Origin: Tubiluchus corallicola
Lineage: Eukaryota > Animalia > Priapulida
Direction: 5' to 3'
DNA: 64,000 nt
Assembly (NCBI GenBank): GCA_030141605.1
Contig: JAQGDQ010000758.1
Span: forward strand, 37,324-101,323
Position numbers and translations under genes: made by a program. The notes under the pieces were generated by a model that was given only the letters and a program-made list of their open reading frames with translations, searched no databases and was not told where the DNA came from. Shown piece by piece: positions 49,016-63,900 of this stretch (the stretch's first letter is position 1; the number at the start of each line of letters is the position of its first letter).

Positions 49016-51762
49016 AATTAATTTATATAGGCCTATCGCACTACATCATTTAAAATGAGTACAGCACCCGTTTTTCATGCAAAGCGTTTCAGAAATGCAG
49101 GCGCTGGTGCCCATCTAATTAGCGAATGGTGAAATGCATGTAACAGCGAAGAACTAGTGATGCGAACGTGAAATTGTGTTTGTGTGGTAATAATTCTTTC
49201 ACGTAAGTCATTTTCTAAAAAAAAGTATGTTTCGTTTCAATATTTTAGAGAGTAGATTGTTTGACCTATAGTTTAAGATTGGGTCTGGTTTTGCTTTAAT
49301 AACCTTCTCAGGTTACGAAACCTTTGCGAATTCGATCGTAAGCCTAAGAATGTAGTCTTACGTAATAATCTTAGAAATAAACCAGTTCGTAAGAAGCTTT
49401 GTGAGTGAGCCCGTCCCCTGATACGCAGATATACACACACAGAACGTGCTGCGCATGCGCGAGTTAAAACAATGCTCAGAACGAATGCACCTTTTACAAC
49501 TTTATTATACATCTTTAGCTTATAAAACAATGGTTATGTTATTTTATCGGTTATTGAATGGATATTTACAACCAATGAGGGGCATTTTTACAACTCCATA
49601 TTTAAGTGACAAAGACAATACAAAATATGTCAATTTTAACAAAACAAAATGGCGTATAACGAAGCAATATGAAATATTAAAAAGCTGAGTAACAAGAGCT
49701 AATTATTCTTTAATGAAAAAAAATGGAAAAATTCTTCCCGTGATACCTGCAAAGCGTCCGACATGCGAGAAACACAATGTGCATAATATGTTCATTTGGT
49801 CAACAATGACCAATATGGTCAACATGTGATGAAATGAAAGATTTTGGAAGCTGGAAATAGAAGCCATTCTTTTGTGAAGAAAACCCGTCATAAACGTAAA
49901 TCTTAAAAAAATCGTTTTGAAATTTCATATCACTTACGTACTGCCTTTTTGCATACAGGACTTCAGTCGGCAGTCACGCAGTATAAAACATGTAAATTTA
50001 AACTCCCGCGATGACCGTTAGACGCAGCCATTTTGAGTACAGGTCATTTGAAACAAGTTTAGATAACATCGTGTAAAGTTTGAAAAATAATCAGAGCATT
50101 CATAGCGCACAAGTCACTAACTAAATAAAATATTAAATTACTGTATCTTGTCAATAAGATTAAAAATATGTTTTTGGTTAGTGAGTGGTGCACTCTGGAG
50201 GGTGAGTCAGCGACATTTTACCAATTGGTGAAAACAGTTGGAATAATTAATAATTTTCTTTCCTACTTACATAAGTTTTTCTAGAGGTAAGCGAAAATAT
50301 AGGTAATATGGTTAACATTTCCTTTTGTTCCTCTGATTTACTCCGTGCGTATATGACGTCATGTAATGGCGACTTCTGAATAGTATTGCGGGAGATTTAA
50401 AATGAAAACAAACAAAAATTCTTTCAATGCGAGCACGATATACGTATAAAATTGTTATAAAATGATATTATTTTCAAAGCGATGTGCAAACTACTTCAGG
50501 TACCCCTTTTCTTGACCTTTAAGTGTTTATGATGTCTGTTTCTCACCAGCCAATGACCACTATGACCACGTTGTCCGCGCTGGTGAATTATTTATGCTAA
50601 TAAGCCGCGAAAAAATGAAGTATTGAAAAAATAAATTTAGATTATCTGCTTTTTCGTTTTCCTGCAAAAAATGATGGAGATTGGACGCCTTTGGAAGCTG
50701 AAATCTGTCCCCTTGACGCTTTGGTGTATCATTGGCTTTATACAAATCAAAATTTAAACCAAACACGAAAAATCATTGACATTTCTCATTAAAGAGAGAT
50801 AGGAAAGAGGAGTGGCTAACCTTAGGTTGACCTTTGATTTCGAGGTCATTTAAAGGTCACACTGAGTGACGATCGTTAATTGCACCAAATTCATGGTTAT
50901 TTACATTTGTTCGTTCTGAGGCAGTTTTGTATCGTTTTTTTCCCACATGTTGTTAGTCCTGCCATCAGTCAGTCAGTCACTTAGAGCCAAAATATTTTTC
51001 CTACAAATGGCTCCAAACAAGACTAGTGGCACTCAAGGTGAGAACCTGCATTGAAAAGGTGATGTTACGAATGCTTGCCCAGTGAGATTTCCATTTACAA
51101 TGGATAAACAATTCCACAGATATGAAGCCCGCTGGAAAAACTGGATTCATAAGCACCTGTTCCACATATGGAAACGTCCTCGGTTGAGCCCATGAATAGC
51201 AGCTGAAAAATAAGCACTAGAAACAAACTTTCTATGGTTGCCCGGAGATTTTTTGAAAGCACCTTCTATAGCAGTTAACTTTCGATGATGTCAAATCGCG
51301 TTACCATGGCAACGCTCCTCTTGTTGTATCGAGTACTGGTCGATTTAAAGCATTCCCATTAGAAGTTTGTGAAGGTTTTCTAGTCCCGCGAAGTTTGTCT
51401 TGTTGAAGGAAATTAGTTGAGTGGCCCTGCTATGAAGCCAGCAATGTTAGGCTTGGCTAGTAAATGGATGGGTGAGGCTGACCATCCTACAAGTTTCACA
51501 TTGAGAGTTTCATCTTAGAGAATTATCTTCATTAATCAGCTAGACTTGTCCTGTTTGTTACAAACAAATAATATTATAACTATTTGTTGTAGTTACGTGT
51601 CTTTGTGGGCCAAACTAATTTAAAAAAAACCTGTTTACATTTAACAGTACATTTTTGCAATAAAAAATTTTTTTGGTTCAGTGAATTAAATAAACATAGA
51701 ACTGAATGGGATTTCTACAATTTTCAATGGAAATTAAAATGAAAACTTTCTGTAACTTTAAA

Positions 51763-54700
51763 AATTACATTGCAAATAATGTTGCAGCTACTTTATTGTC
51801 AGCAACATTACATTGCATATAATGTTACAGCTACTTAGTTATCAACAACATTCCATTGCAAATAATGTTGCAGCTACTTTATTGTCAGCAACATTACATT
51901 GCATATAATGTTACAGCTATTTCATTGTCAGCAACATTACATTGCATATAATGTTGCAGCTACTTTATTGTCAGCAACATTACATTGCATATAATGGTAC
52001 AGCTATTTCATTGTCAGCAACATTACATTGCAAATAATGTCACAGCTACTTCGTTGTCAGCAACATTACATTGCATATAATGTTGCAGCTACTTTGTCAT
52101 CTGCAACATTACATTGCAAATAATGTCACAGCCACTTCGCTATCAGCAACATTACATTGCAAATAATGTCACAGCTACTTCGTTATCAGCAACATTACAT
52201 TGCAAATAATGTCACAGCTACTTCGTCATCAGCAACATTACATTGCATATAATGTTGCAGCTACTTTGTTGTCAGCAACATTACATTGCAAATAATGTCA
52301 CAGCTACTTCGTTATCAGCAACATTACATTGCATATAATGTTACAGCTATTTCATTGTCAGCAACATTACATTGCATATAATGTTGCAGCTACTTTATTG
52401 TCAGCAACATTACATTGCATATAATGTTACAGCTATTTCATTGTCAGCAACATTACATTGCATATAATGTTACAGCTACTTCGTCATCAGCAACATTACA
52501 TTGCAAATAATGTTGCAGCTACTTCGTCATCAGCAACATTACATTGCAAATAATGTTACAGCTACTTTATTGTCAGCAACATTACATTGCAAATAATGTT
52601 ACGACTACTTTGTTATCAGCAACATTACATTGCAAATAATGTCACAGCTACTTCGTCATCAGCAACATTACATTGCATATAATGTTACAGCTACTTTGTT
52701 GTCAGCAACATTACATTGCAAATAATGTTACAGCTACTTTGTTATCAGCAACATTACATTGCAAATAATGTTGCAGCTACTTCGTTATATTAGCAACATT
52801 ACATTGCAAATAATGTTACAGCTACTTTATTGTCAGCAACATTACATTGCATATAATGTTACAGCTACTTTATTGTCAGCAACATTACATTGCATATAAT
52901 GTTACAGCTATTTCATTGTCAGCAACATTACATTGCATATAATGTTGCAGCTACTTTATTGTCAGCAACATTACATTGCATATAATGTTACAGCTATTTC
53001 ATTGTCAGCAACATTACATTGCATATAATGTTGCAGCTACTTTATTGTCAGCAACATTACATTGCATATAATGTTACAGCTATTTCATTGTCAGCAACAT
53101 TGCATTGCAAATAATGTTGCAGCTACTTTGTCATCTGCAACATTACATTGCAAATAATGTCACAGCTACTTCGTCATCAGCAACATTACATTGCAAATAA
53201 TGTTGCAGCTACTTCGTTATCAGCAACACTACATTGCAAATAATGTTGCAGCTACTTTGTCATCTGCAACATTACATTGCAAATAATGTCACAGCTACTT
53301 CGTTATCAGCAACATTACATTGCAAATAATGTTGCAGCTACTTCGTTATATTAGCAACATTACATTGCAAATAATGTTACAGCTACTTTATTGTCAGCAA
53401 CATTACATTGCATATAATGTTACAGCTACTTTATTGTCAGCAACATTACATTGCATATAATGTTACAGCTATTTCATTGTCAGCAACATTACACTGCATA
53501 TAATGTTGCAGCTACTTTATTGTCAGCAACATTACATTGCATATAATGTTACAGCTATTTCATTGTCAGCAACATTACATTGCATATAATGTTACAGCTA
53601 CTTCGTCATCAGCAACATTACATTGCAAATAATGTTGCAGCTACTTCGTCATCAGCAACATTACATTGCAAATAATGTTACAGCTACTTTATTGTCAGCA
53701 ACATTACATTGCAAATAATGTTACGACTACTTTGTTATCAGCAACATTACATTGCAAATAATGTCACAGCTACTTCGTTGTCAGCAACATTACATTGCAT
53801 ATAATGTTGCAACATTACATTGCATATAATGTTGCAGCTACTTTGTCATCTGCAACATTACATTGCAAATAATGTCACAGCTACTTCGTTATCAGCAACA
53901 TTACATTGCAAATAATGTCACAGCTACTTCGTTATCAGCAACATTACATTGCAAATAATGTTACAGCTACTTTGTTATCAGCAACATTACATTGCATATA
54001 ATGTTACAGCTACTTTGTTGTCAGCAACATTACATTGCAAATAATGTTGCAGCTACTTCGTTATCAGCAACATTACATCGCAAATAATGTTACAGCTACT
54101 TTATTGTCAGCAACATTACATTGCATATAATGTTACAGCTATTTCATTGTCAGCAACATTACATTGCAAATAATGTCACAGCTACTTTGTTGTCAGCAAC
54201 ATTACATTGCAAATAATGTTACAGCTACTTTGTTATCAGCAACATTACATTGCAAATAATGTTACAGCTACTTTATTGTCAGCAACATTACATTGCAAAT
54301 AACGTTACAGCTACTTCATTGTCAGCAACATTACATTGCAAATAATGTTACAGCTACTTTGTTGTCAGCAACATTACATTGCATATAATGTTACAGCTAC
54401 TTTATTGTCAGCAACATTACATTGCAAATAATGTTACAGCTACTTTGTTATCAGCAACATTACATTGCAAATAATGTTACAGCTACTTTATTGTCAGCAA
54501 CATTACATTGCAAATAACGTTACAGCTACTTCATTGTCAGCAACATTACATTGCAAATAATGTTACAGCTACTTTGTTGTCAGCAACATTACATTGCATA
54601 TAATGTTACAGCTACTTTATTGTCAGCAACATTACATTGCAAATAATGTTACAGCTACTTCATTGTCAGCAACATTACATTGCAAATAATGTTACAGCTA

Positions 54701-55603
54701 CTTCATTGTCAGCAACATTACATTGCAAATAACGTTACAGCTACTTTATTGTCAGCAACATTACATTGCAAATAATGTTACAGCTACTTCATTGTCAGCA
54801 ACATTACATTGCAAATAATGTTACAGCTACTTTATTGTCAGCAACATTACATTGCAAATAACGTTACAGCTACTTTATTGTCAGCAACATTACATTGCAA
54901 ATAATGTTGCAGCTACTTCGTCATCAGCAACATTACATTGCAAATAATGTTACAGCTACTTTATTGTCAGCAACATTACATTGCAAATAATGTTACAGCT
55001 ACTTCAATGTCAGCAACATTACATTGCAAATAATGTTACAGCTACTTTATTGTCAGCAACATTACATTGCAAATAACGTTACAGCTACTTCATTGTCAGC
55101 AACATTACATTGCAAATAATGTTACAGCTACTTTGTTGTCAGCAACATTACATTGCATATAATGTTACAGCTACTTTATTGTCAGCAACATTACATTGCA
55201 AATAATGTTACAGCTACTTCATTGTCAGCAACATTACATTGCAAATAATGTTACAGCTACTTCATTGTCAGCAACATTACATTGCAAATAACGTTACAGC
55301 TACTTTATTGTCAGCAACATTACATTGCAAATAATGTTACAGCTACTTCATTGTCAGCAACATTACATTGCAAATAATGTTACAGCTACTTTATTGTCAG
55401 CAACATTACATTGCAAATAACGTTACAGCTACTTCATTGTCAGCAACATTACATTGCAAATAATGTTACAGCTACTTTATTGTCAGCAACATTACATTGC
55501 AAATAACGTTACAGCTACTTCATTGTCAGCAACATTACATTGCAAATAATGTTACAGCTACTTCATTGTCAGCAACATTACATTGCAAATAATGTCACAG
55601 CTG
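51763..55603. repeat. 43-bp minisatellite, about 89 copies (3.8 kb)
   Basis: Unit CATTACATTGCAAATAATGTTACAGCTACTTTATTGTCAGCAA. Confidence 0.96.
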
Positions 55604-55761
55604 TAAGAAATGTGTGAAACGTAGTTCATTGCTTTTAACTGCCTAACATTTTTCAGCAAAAACGTGATATATAAGTTGATTCAACGGCTCGACCCTATCT
55701 AACTTACATACAGCTATTGACTGATTGGAGCGCCATCTACACTAGGTGGCGCTCTTTTATG

Positions 55762-56339
55762 TCATACGCTTGTCGTTATGTTTTCCACGCTCTCCATCTC
55801 CAAATCCGGATCGCACAGACTCTTCTGACTCTTATGTGAACAGATGCTACCGGAGCGGGATAGCGGCGTGCCGGCGCGCGAGGCATTCGATGCGGACCGC
55901 GTCAACTGTTTGGCTTTTGCCGCATAATACTTTTCATAACGATATTGTCTTTGCAAAAACTTTTCAAACGAGCTGCCCCAAGGTACCTCAATGTCCTCTC
56001 TGGGACGCAGAGGCTCGATGCAGTTTGATTCGTATTTTTTCGGTGTTGCAATACTGGCTGAGTCGTCGCTTTGAACTTTCTCTGCCACCACGCTGGATGA
56101 CGTTCCACCAAATGACGTCACGGGACACGCTGACCCGGAAGGTTGATTATCAGCTGGCTGAGCATCACTTCCGGTAATGTCCACTGGGGCGTCGGCGTCT
56201 GGCTGGGCGTAGCTATTTCTGTTCGCTTCTGTTTTATTGCACAACCAGGACAGTAGGAACTGTAAAATGGTGGCTATAATCACAGCAGATCCAGCAAAGA
56301 AATACCCGTCTTTGGACTCTGAGCCATTGTTGATGTACA
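55762..56339 (-). CDS. SLC16/MCT-like MFS transporter, terminal exon (TM12 plus long cytoplasmic tail)
   Basis: Acceptor ttctttcag on the minus strand at 56340; GYFFAGSAVIIATILQFLL TM helix; TAG stop. Confidence 0.8.
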
Positions 56340-57741
56340 CTGAAAGAATATACAAGTATCAGCATCAGAATATACAAGTGGACTTATCTAAGGATACCCA
56401 GTTTCCCAAACTCCCAAAGTTGGACATAGCAGGTGTAACAAGCTGATTATTATTATTTATCTATTATTTTTGGCATAATGACTATCTTGTAGAAATATAT
56501 GAACAATTAGCTGGTCCTGCCCCGCTGGCTGCTGCCATCTGCTGGCTACTGTTACAAGCTTATGATAGAGCTACAGCTTGGTGATCATTGAAGCATGGAC
56601 TAATATGTGTTGGCTTTGAGCAGTGATTGATGTTAAGCCAGTCTTGACAGAGCCTGCCACATGCTCTAGGTGTGTTGTTTTTTGGTGTTGGTATTCTTAC
56701 CTAGACTCTACCATTTGGGATAGTGCCACCACTGATGTTTGTCGCTGTATGGACAGACAGTGTTTGGTGAGGTACCTTTACATTGCTTACTCAGGTATGC
56801 ATGCCCTCTTATGTTGCCTTAAGAGACAAGTTTACCTCGGGAGTTAAACTTAGGAACTAATGGTGGTAATGGCTAAAGTAATTAGTCTACATAAATACGC
56901 CACTCAAGTGTTGCTGAATGCTGAGTTGACAATGGACTGTGTTCTTTCTGACAACTTTCTGTCTGCCTCCGACAATTGGAAATGACTCTTTAATGTTACA
57001 TTCAAGTGCAGAAGTTTACTCATCTAAAAACTGTGTGAGGCTGCTAAGCTAAGCAGTAGCCAGCTTCCTCTTTACGCAAACCTGGTTACATGTTTTATAT
57101 TTGCTGATCGATATGTTGTTTATTGTTGCGCCAGTAAAAGGGAAACAGCAAATTCCAACAGCTAAAATGCAGTTTATTTTAAATGAACTCGACAAGAAAA
57201 TACTAGGTTATAGTAAAAGGTCTAGTTAGTTAGACCACCATCATCGAGATGATCTCCTAGACCAAGACGCACTACCTACCTCTCATTCGTCATCATCATC
57301 TCCTTACATTCTCCACTATTAACGCAAACACAACCAATAACATTGGAGTTGTTTAAATAAGTATGCAAACTTTTTTCACTGTTTTTGTTTTTTCATTTAC
57401 ATTATTATTACAGAAAGGGTTGATAACATAAAGAAAGTATGTAGTGTGCTTGAAAGTCAGAGTCACACTGTTGAGTTCCCACTATTCTGAATGTTAAAAT
57501 TCCATGGTTGATCTCTGGTCTCCATGTTCTGACCCCCGTAGTACCATCAGCCTTAATGCTCGCGGCATGGAGATTTAGGATTAACAAACCTAAAGTTACT
57601 TTGAAGATTATGTTCATGTATTATTTACATATATCAAGTAAAGTTTTTGCTGATAGACAAGCAAGTGCTAAGAATGCTGCAACAGTTAGTATAAACCAAT
57701 CTTTCTCGTAATTTATTTCGTCAGTTGTGTTTCCTATCATA

Positions 57742-58839
57742 TAGGTTTTACACGTCAAATGTAGACACAGGAAAGTTCAAATGTGACTTAGGTAAGTCAA
57801 ATGTAGACACAGGAAAGTTCAAATGTGACTTAGGTAAGTCAAATGTAGACACAGGAAAGTTCAAATGTGACTTAGGTGAGTCAAATGTAGACACAGGAAA
57901 GTTCAAATGTGACTTAGGTAAGTCAAATGTAGACACAGGAAAGTTCAAATGTGACTTAGGTGAGTCAAATGTAGACACAGGAAAGTTCAAATGTGACTTA
58001 GGTAAGTCAAATGTAGACACAGGAAAGTTCAAATGTGACTTAGGCAAGTCAAATGTAGACACAGGAAAGTTCAAATGTGACTTAGGTAAGTCAAATGTAG
58101 ACACGGGAAAGTTCAAATGTGACTTAGGTGAGTCAAATGTAGACACAGGAAAGTTCAAATGTGACTTAGGTGAGTCAAATGTAGACACAGGAAAGTTCAA
58201 ATGTGACTTAGGTAAGTCAAATGTAGACATAGGAATTTCGAATGTGTTTTGGTAACTCAAATGTGACTTAGGTAAGTCAAATGTAGACGCATTACTTTGA
58301 ATAAATCGGTAATTAACTCATTTAAGTGCAAATTACGAAAAGATAAAACCAAATTAAAATTATATTTTATGGTCATGGTGCTATCGGCAGCATCACTTCC
58401 CAATGAACAGTGAATCACTAATTAGTTTTTAAGTAATGCATTAGCACTTCATTAATGAATTTGTTTCTCTCAAGAAACATTGTTTATTTTAAGAATGTAT
58501 TGTTTTCTCTAACAGTTCCAATGGTATGTAAAGTTTGTAGAATGTTAGTGAACCTATAACGTTGTTATTTTAACTTAAGAGCAATTATTAAATTGAAATT
58601 AAAGAAGATTAAATTTAACATCCTTAAACTTTACCACCTATCCACATTTGAGATACCAATGTCACATTTGACTTGACATGTGTCTACATTTGACTTACCA
58701 AAAACGCTTAAGATTTGTTGAAAACCATTGTCAACACATTTGAACTACCAAAGTCTACATTTGAGTTACCAAGACACATTTGAATTACCTAAATCTACAT
58801 TTCAGTTAACGTCGGTCTACATTAGACTTGTAAAACCTA
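57742..58839 (+). mobile_element. Foldback/MITE element with a 42-bp minisatellite expanded from its left subterminal repeats (57753-58290)
   Basis: TA|TAGGTTTTACACGTCAAATGTAGAC ... GTCTACATTAGACTTGTAAAACCTA|TA; inverted TCAAATGT motifs at 58640-58830. Confidence 0.8.
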
Positions 58840-59291
58840 TAGTATCATTTTCGGATGGCATTGTCAGGTGCTGTCATTAAACAGTAACACTAACCATTAC
58901 TTTTTTAACTTTTTTAAAATAAGTTGAGAAATGTAAACATTTGATGCAACACATCAGAAGGTCTGTACATCTGGTCTACAGTATCACATCTCTGTTTGTT
59001 GCCACATAAGTATGCATTTCATATTACACCAGAGCTGTCTCGTTATAGCAGGGTCTGGTTATAGCTTGGCTGAGTGAAAACAGGTCATTCTGTCATCTTT
59101 TCTATTGTCAAGTGCGGGTAATAATAATCGGGACCCCCTTGGAAATAAGCTTTGAGTTACTTAAGGTGTTATCCTTGGACTATGTAGTAAACGAAATTAA
59201 ATTAAATTTAACAAACTACATAGCGAACTTGAGCAAAAATCATGCCAAAACTATCCAACGTCGGTCTCTAAGTCAAGTGTTTTGAACTCAC

Positions 59292-59673
59292 CGATTATTG
59301 GAGGACCCACAAGGGCGCACACACCCTGAGCACACTGTATATGACTCCAAGCTCTGAGCATGTTGTTTGGCTTCACAAGTTCGTACGTGTACGCCTCCAG
59401 GGCGTACCGATGTCCACCGTACATGAAGCCATATACCCAGACAAACAGAGTGTAGGCCACGAAGCTGTCAGCCTTGGAGAGAGCCAGGATGCTGAGACCA
59501 CAGAAGACGGAACTGAGCAGGTACAGGTGATGACGAGAGATCTGACAGTTGCGACTGTTCTGCACGATGACGCAACCGATGACGACAGTACCGATTGCGT
59601 AACTGAGTCCCAAATACGTCACTAGTAATATGACGTGATGATTTTCCAGACCGCTGATCTCGGCTTGGTAAAC
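59292..59673 (-). CDS. SLC16/MCT-like MFS transporter, penultimate exon (TM8-11)
   Basis: tttttactag acceptor and gtgagt donor on the minus strand; YTLFVWVYGFMYGG...YELV...AWSHIQCAQGV..LVGPPI is typical of the MCT C-terminal half. Confidence 0.85.
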
Positions 59674-59699
59674 CTAGTAAAAAGGAAATATTCTTATAT

Positions 59700-59722
59700 A
59701 TTATTATTATTATTATTATTAT

Positions 59723-59820
<98 letters not shown>

Positions 59821-59896
59821 AGTAGTAGTAGTAATAGTAGTAGTAGTAGTAGTAGTAAGTAGTAGTAGTAGTAGTAGTAGCAGTAGTAGCGGCAGC

Positions 59897-59976
<80 letters not shown>

Positions 59977-60034
59977 CAGTAGCAGTAGCAGCAGCAGTAG
60001 CAGTAGTAGTAGTAGTGGCATAGTAGTAGTAGTA

Positions 60035-60066
<32 letters not shown>

Positions 60067-60095
60067 TGTAGTAGTAGTAGCAGTAGTGTAGTAGC

Positions 60096-60132
<37 letters not shown>

Positions 60133-60201
60133 TAGTGTAGTAGTAGTAAGTAGTAGTAGTAGTAGTAAGTAGTAGTTATGTAGTAGTAGTAGTGTAGTGT
60201 T

Positions 60202-60255
<54 letters not shown>

Positions 60256-60265
60256 TAGTAGTAGC

Positions 60266-60300
<35 letters not shown>

Positions 60301-60365
60301 AAGCAGTATCGTTATTGTTGTTGTTATTATTATTATTTATTTATTTATTTATTTATTTTGTTATT
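59700..60365. repeat. (TAT)n-(TAG)n-(CAG)n-(TAG)n compound microsatellite
   Basis: Direct inspection; lies just 5' (minus strand) of the transporter acceptor. Confidence 0.95.
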
Positions 60366-60948
60366 TAATTATTTATTTTAAATCAACACTATTAAACAAA
60401 AGTTAAAATCATCAGCCAATATATCATGGCACCTGAGTCAAAACGTTATTATAACCAAACCACTATTTAAGCCTATTGCTTGTCCTCTAATCTTGCTACG
60501 GAGAGTGTAAAACTACTACATTCACAGAGAAGCCAAGTAACCCAGTTTCATACAAACATATAGCAGTAGCAAGTACGTACATATATGGTAAACTTTCAAG
60601 TGTACAAACAGATGTCAGCACTGACTTAGTGGTAATGAAAAACTAAAGTTTAAAACTACAAATCAAAATTAATAATAAACTGTAAATTAAGTGCTCGCAT
60701 CTGCGACACACTTCGCAACTGAGTAAAGATTTAAGTAAGTTTATCTTGTCAATAAAATTAAAAATGCGCTTTTTGGTGGGTCAGTGTTGCACACTGGGAA
60801 GGTGAGTCAATGACGTTTTACCAGCTGGCGCGAACATTCAAATTGCGAAGATTTTTCGTTTCTACTTACATAAGTAGGTAAGCGAAACGCTAATTAATAT
60901 AACTTTGCGTGAAAAGATTTTTGGGACATAGTTTAGAATTGTCTTTAG

Positions 60949-63900
60949 AGCAAAACCCAATCTTTAGACGCTAAGATTTAGACCCAATCTTCGACAGCTC
61001 AGGTAAATTTGAAATTTGAATTTTTATCTTAAAACTTGCCTAGTTTTATTACAACACACTGAATATCTCACATCAGCGCTGTACTTCAATTTTCGCTTTC
61101 ACAAACACGTGCAACACGCTCGTGGAATATTTTTGCTGTTGAAAATTATGTTAGTTTGTGATGTCATCAATAGATGGACTCGCTCGCCGTTAATTAAGTT
61201 TTTAATCTATTATTTAATTATCTGAAACGCTTTTGTAGTATTAATTGTGTTAAAATGTATACTTTTTACCGTACTTGAAAATGGGGTAGTATATGAAAAA
61301 TCACCCTGTCTTCCTTTAAATTTCCAAGAATTTTCTTTTCTAGTTACAAGCAAAACTAGTAGTTCCTTTCAAGCAGGTAAGCGTAATGTTAAGTCATGTA
61401 ACTTTGTACTGAAAGTTTTTTCAGATATAATTTAAAATTGCTCTTTGTTCTCCCTTTGTTGTCCTTTTAAGTAGCCGAATCTCCAGACGCGGGGGGACTA
61501 ACAATACACTAAACAGCGGGCCTTTAATCATTCGTGTCTACTATGTCAACATGTGGCGTAATAATAACACGGCTGAAAGTAGTTCCATTATCATTTCAGG
61601 CTTACGAAAATCTGTCATTATAACAGGATAAAAAATACTAGTTCGTTATACAGAGTTCGTTAGATGAATGGAGTTGGTCACCATTAGTGAAGTAAATCAT
61701 TGCTGATTGAGATCTCTGGCAATCTTTCTAAGTGAGAACTCGTGTGGGGATCGGTTGCTCAAAATCACTCAAATCACCATGTTGTAATCAGCGAATGGAC
61801 AAAGGCTTATTATTCAAATATCTCAGCCCCTGTGGACAGTGGTTACAATGCACGGAAGACGAGGACATCGTCATGAGATTGCTGGGAACGGGGTTAAGCC
61901 TCTGCTCAACACATCCGACCATATTATTAAGAATCTTTCTATTATTCATGCGTCAATTTCACCATGTCGACTCGAGTTTATCAATTTTCATCAAAATTAA
62001 GCTCTGTGAAAGCCTGTCGCTTTTATGAGCCGATGGTGTGAGGGTTATTGATCAACAACTGCTTAGCTGTATGGTGTAAAACATTTGAAGTAGGTGGGCT
62101 GCATGGTGCAAAACATTTGAAGTAGGTGGACTGCATGGTTACTACACATTTGAAGTAGGTAGACTGCACGGTTGCTACACATTTGAAGTAGGTGGGCTGC
62201 ATGGTTACTACACATTTGAAGTAGGTGGGCTGCATAGTTGCCACACATTTGAAGTAGGTGGGCTGCATAGTTGCTACACATTTGAAGTAGGTGGACTGCA
62301 TGGTTACTACACATTTGAAGTAGGTGGACTGCATGGTTACTACACATTTGAAGTAGGTGGGCTGCATAGTTGCTACACATTTGAAGTAGGTGGGCTGCAT
62401 GATTTCAGAGTAGGTGGACTGCATGGTTACTACACACTTGAAGTAGGTGACTCATGGTTACTACACATTTGAAGTAGGTGGGCTGCACGGTTGCTACACA
62501 TTTGAAGTAGGTGGGCTGCATGGTTGCTACACATTTGAAGTAGGTGGACTGCATGGTTACTACACATTTGAAGTAGGTGGACTGCATGGTTACTACACAT
62601 TTGAAGTAGGTGGGCTGCATAGTTGCTACACATTTGAAGTAGGTGGGCTGCATGGTTGCTACACATTTGAAGTAGGTGGACTGCACGGTTGCTACACATT
62701 TGAAGTAGGTGGACTGCATGGTTGCTACACATTTGAAGTAGGTGGACTGCATGGCTGCTACACATTTGAAGTAGGTGGACTGCATGGTTGCTACACATTT
62801 GAAGTAGGTGGGCTGCACGGTTGCTACACATTTGAAGTAGGTGGACTGCATGGTTACTACACACTTGAAGTAGGTGGACTGCATGGTTACTACACATTTG
62901 AAGTAGGTGGGCTGCATAGTTGCTACACATTTGAAGTAGGTGGGCTGCATGATTGCTACACATTTGAAGTAGGTGGACTGCACGGTTGCTACACATTTGA
63001 AGTAGGTAGACTGCACGGTTGCTACACATTTGAAGTAGGTGGGCTGCATGGTTACTACACATTTGAAGTAGGTGGGCTGCATAGTTGCCACACATTTGAA
63101 GTAGGTGGGCTGCATAGTTGCTACACATTTGAAGTAGGTGGACTGCATGGTTACTACACATTTGAAGTAGGTGGACTGCATGGTTACTACTTGAAGTAGG
63201 TGGGCTGCATGGTTACTACACAAGTAGGTGGACTGCATGGTTACTACACTTGAAGTAGGTGGACTGCATGGTTGCTACTTGAAGTAGGTGGACTGCATGG
63301 TTACTACACATTTGAAGTAGGTGGGCTGCATGGTTACTACACACTTGAAGTAGCTGGACTGCATGGTTACTACACATTTGAAGTAGGTGGACTGCATGGT
63401 TACTACACATTTGAAGTAGGTGGTTTATGGTTGGGTGTGATTGGTCCCCGCGTCTGGAGATTCGGCTGCTTAAAAGGACATAAAGGCAAAGGCAGTTTTA
63501 AATTATATCTTGAAGAGCTTTCTGAGTACAAAGTTACATGACTTAACATTACGCTTACCTGCTTGAAAGGAACTACTTGTTCTGCTTGTAACTAGAAAAG
63601 AAAATTCTTAGAAATTTAAAGGAAGACAGGGTGATTTTTCATATACTACCCCATTTTCAAGTACGGTAAAAAGTATACGTTTTAACACAATTCATACTAC
63701 AAAAGCGTTTCAGATAATTAAACAATAGATTAAAAACTTAATTAACGGCGAGCGAGTCCATCTATTGATGACATCACAAACTAACATAATTTTCAACAGC
63801 AAAAGCATTCCACGAGCGTGTTGCACGTGTTTGTGAAAAAGAAAATTGAAATACAATGCTACTGTAAGATATTCAGTGCGTTGTACTAAAACTAGGCAAG

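Noticed and set aside
56400-57030. Possible decayed LINE reverse-transcriptase fragment (NW..FN..KC-like)
   Set aside because: Too degenerate to support without a search.
61732-62028. 98-aa ORF, or an upstream transporter exon in the inverted-repeat spacer
   Set aside because: No recognisable domain or TM pattern on either strand, and no convincing splice sites.
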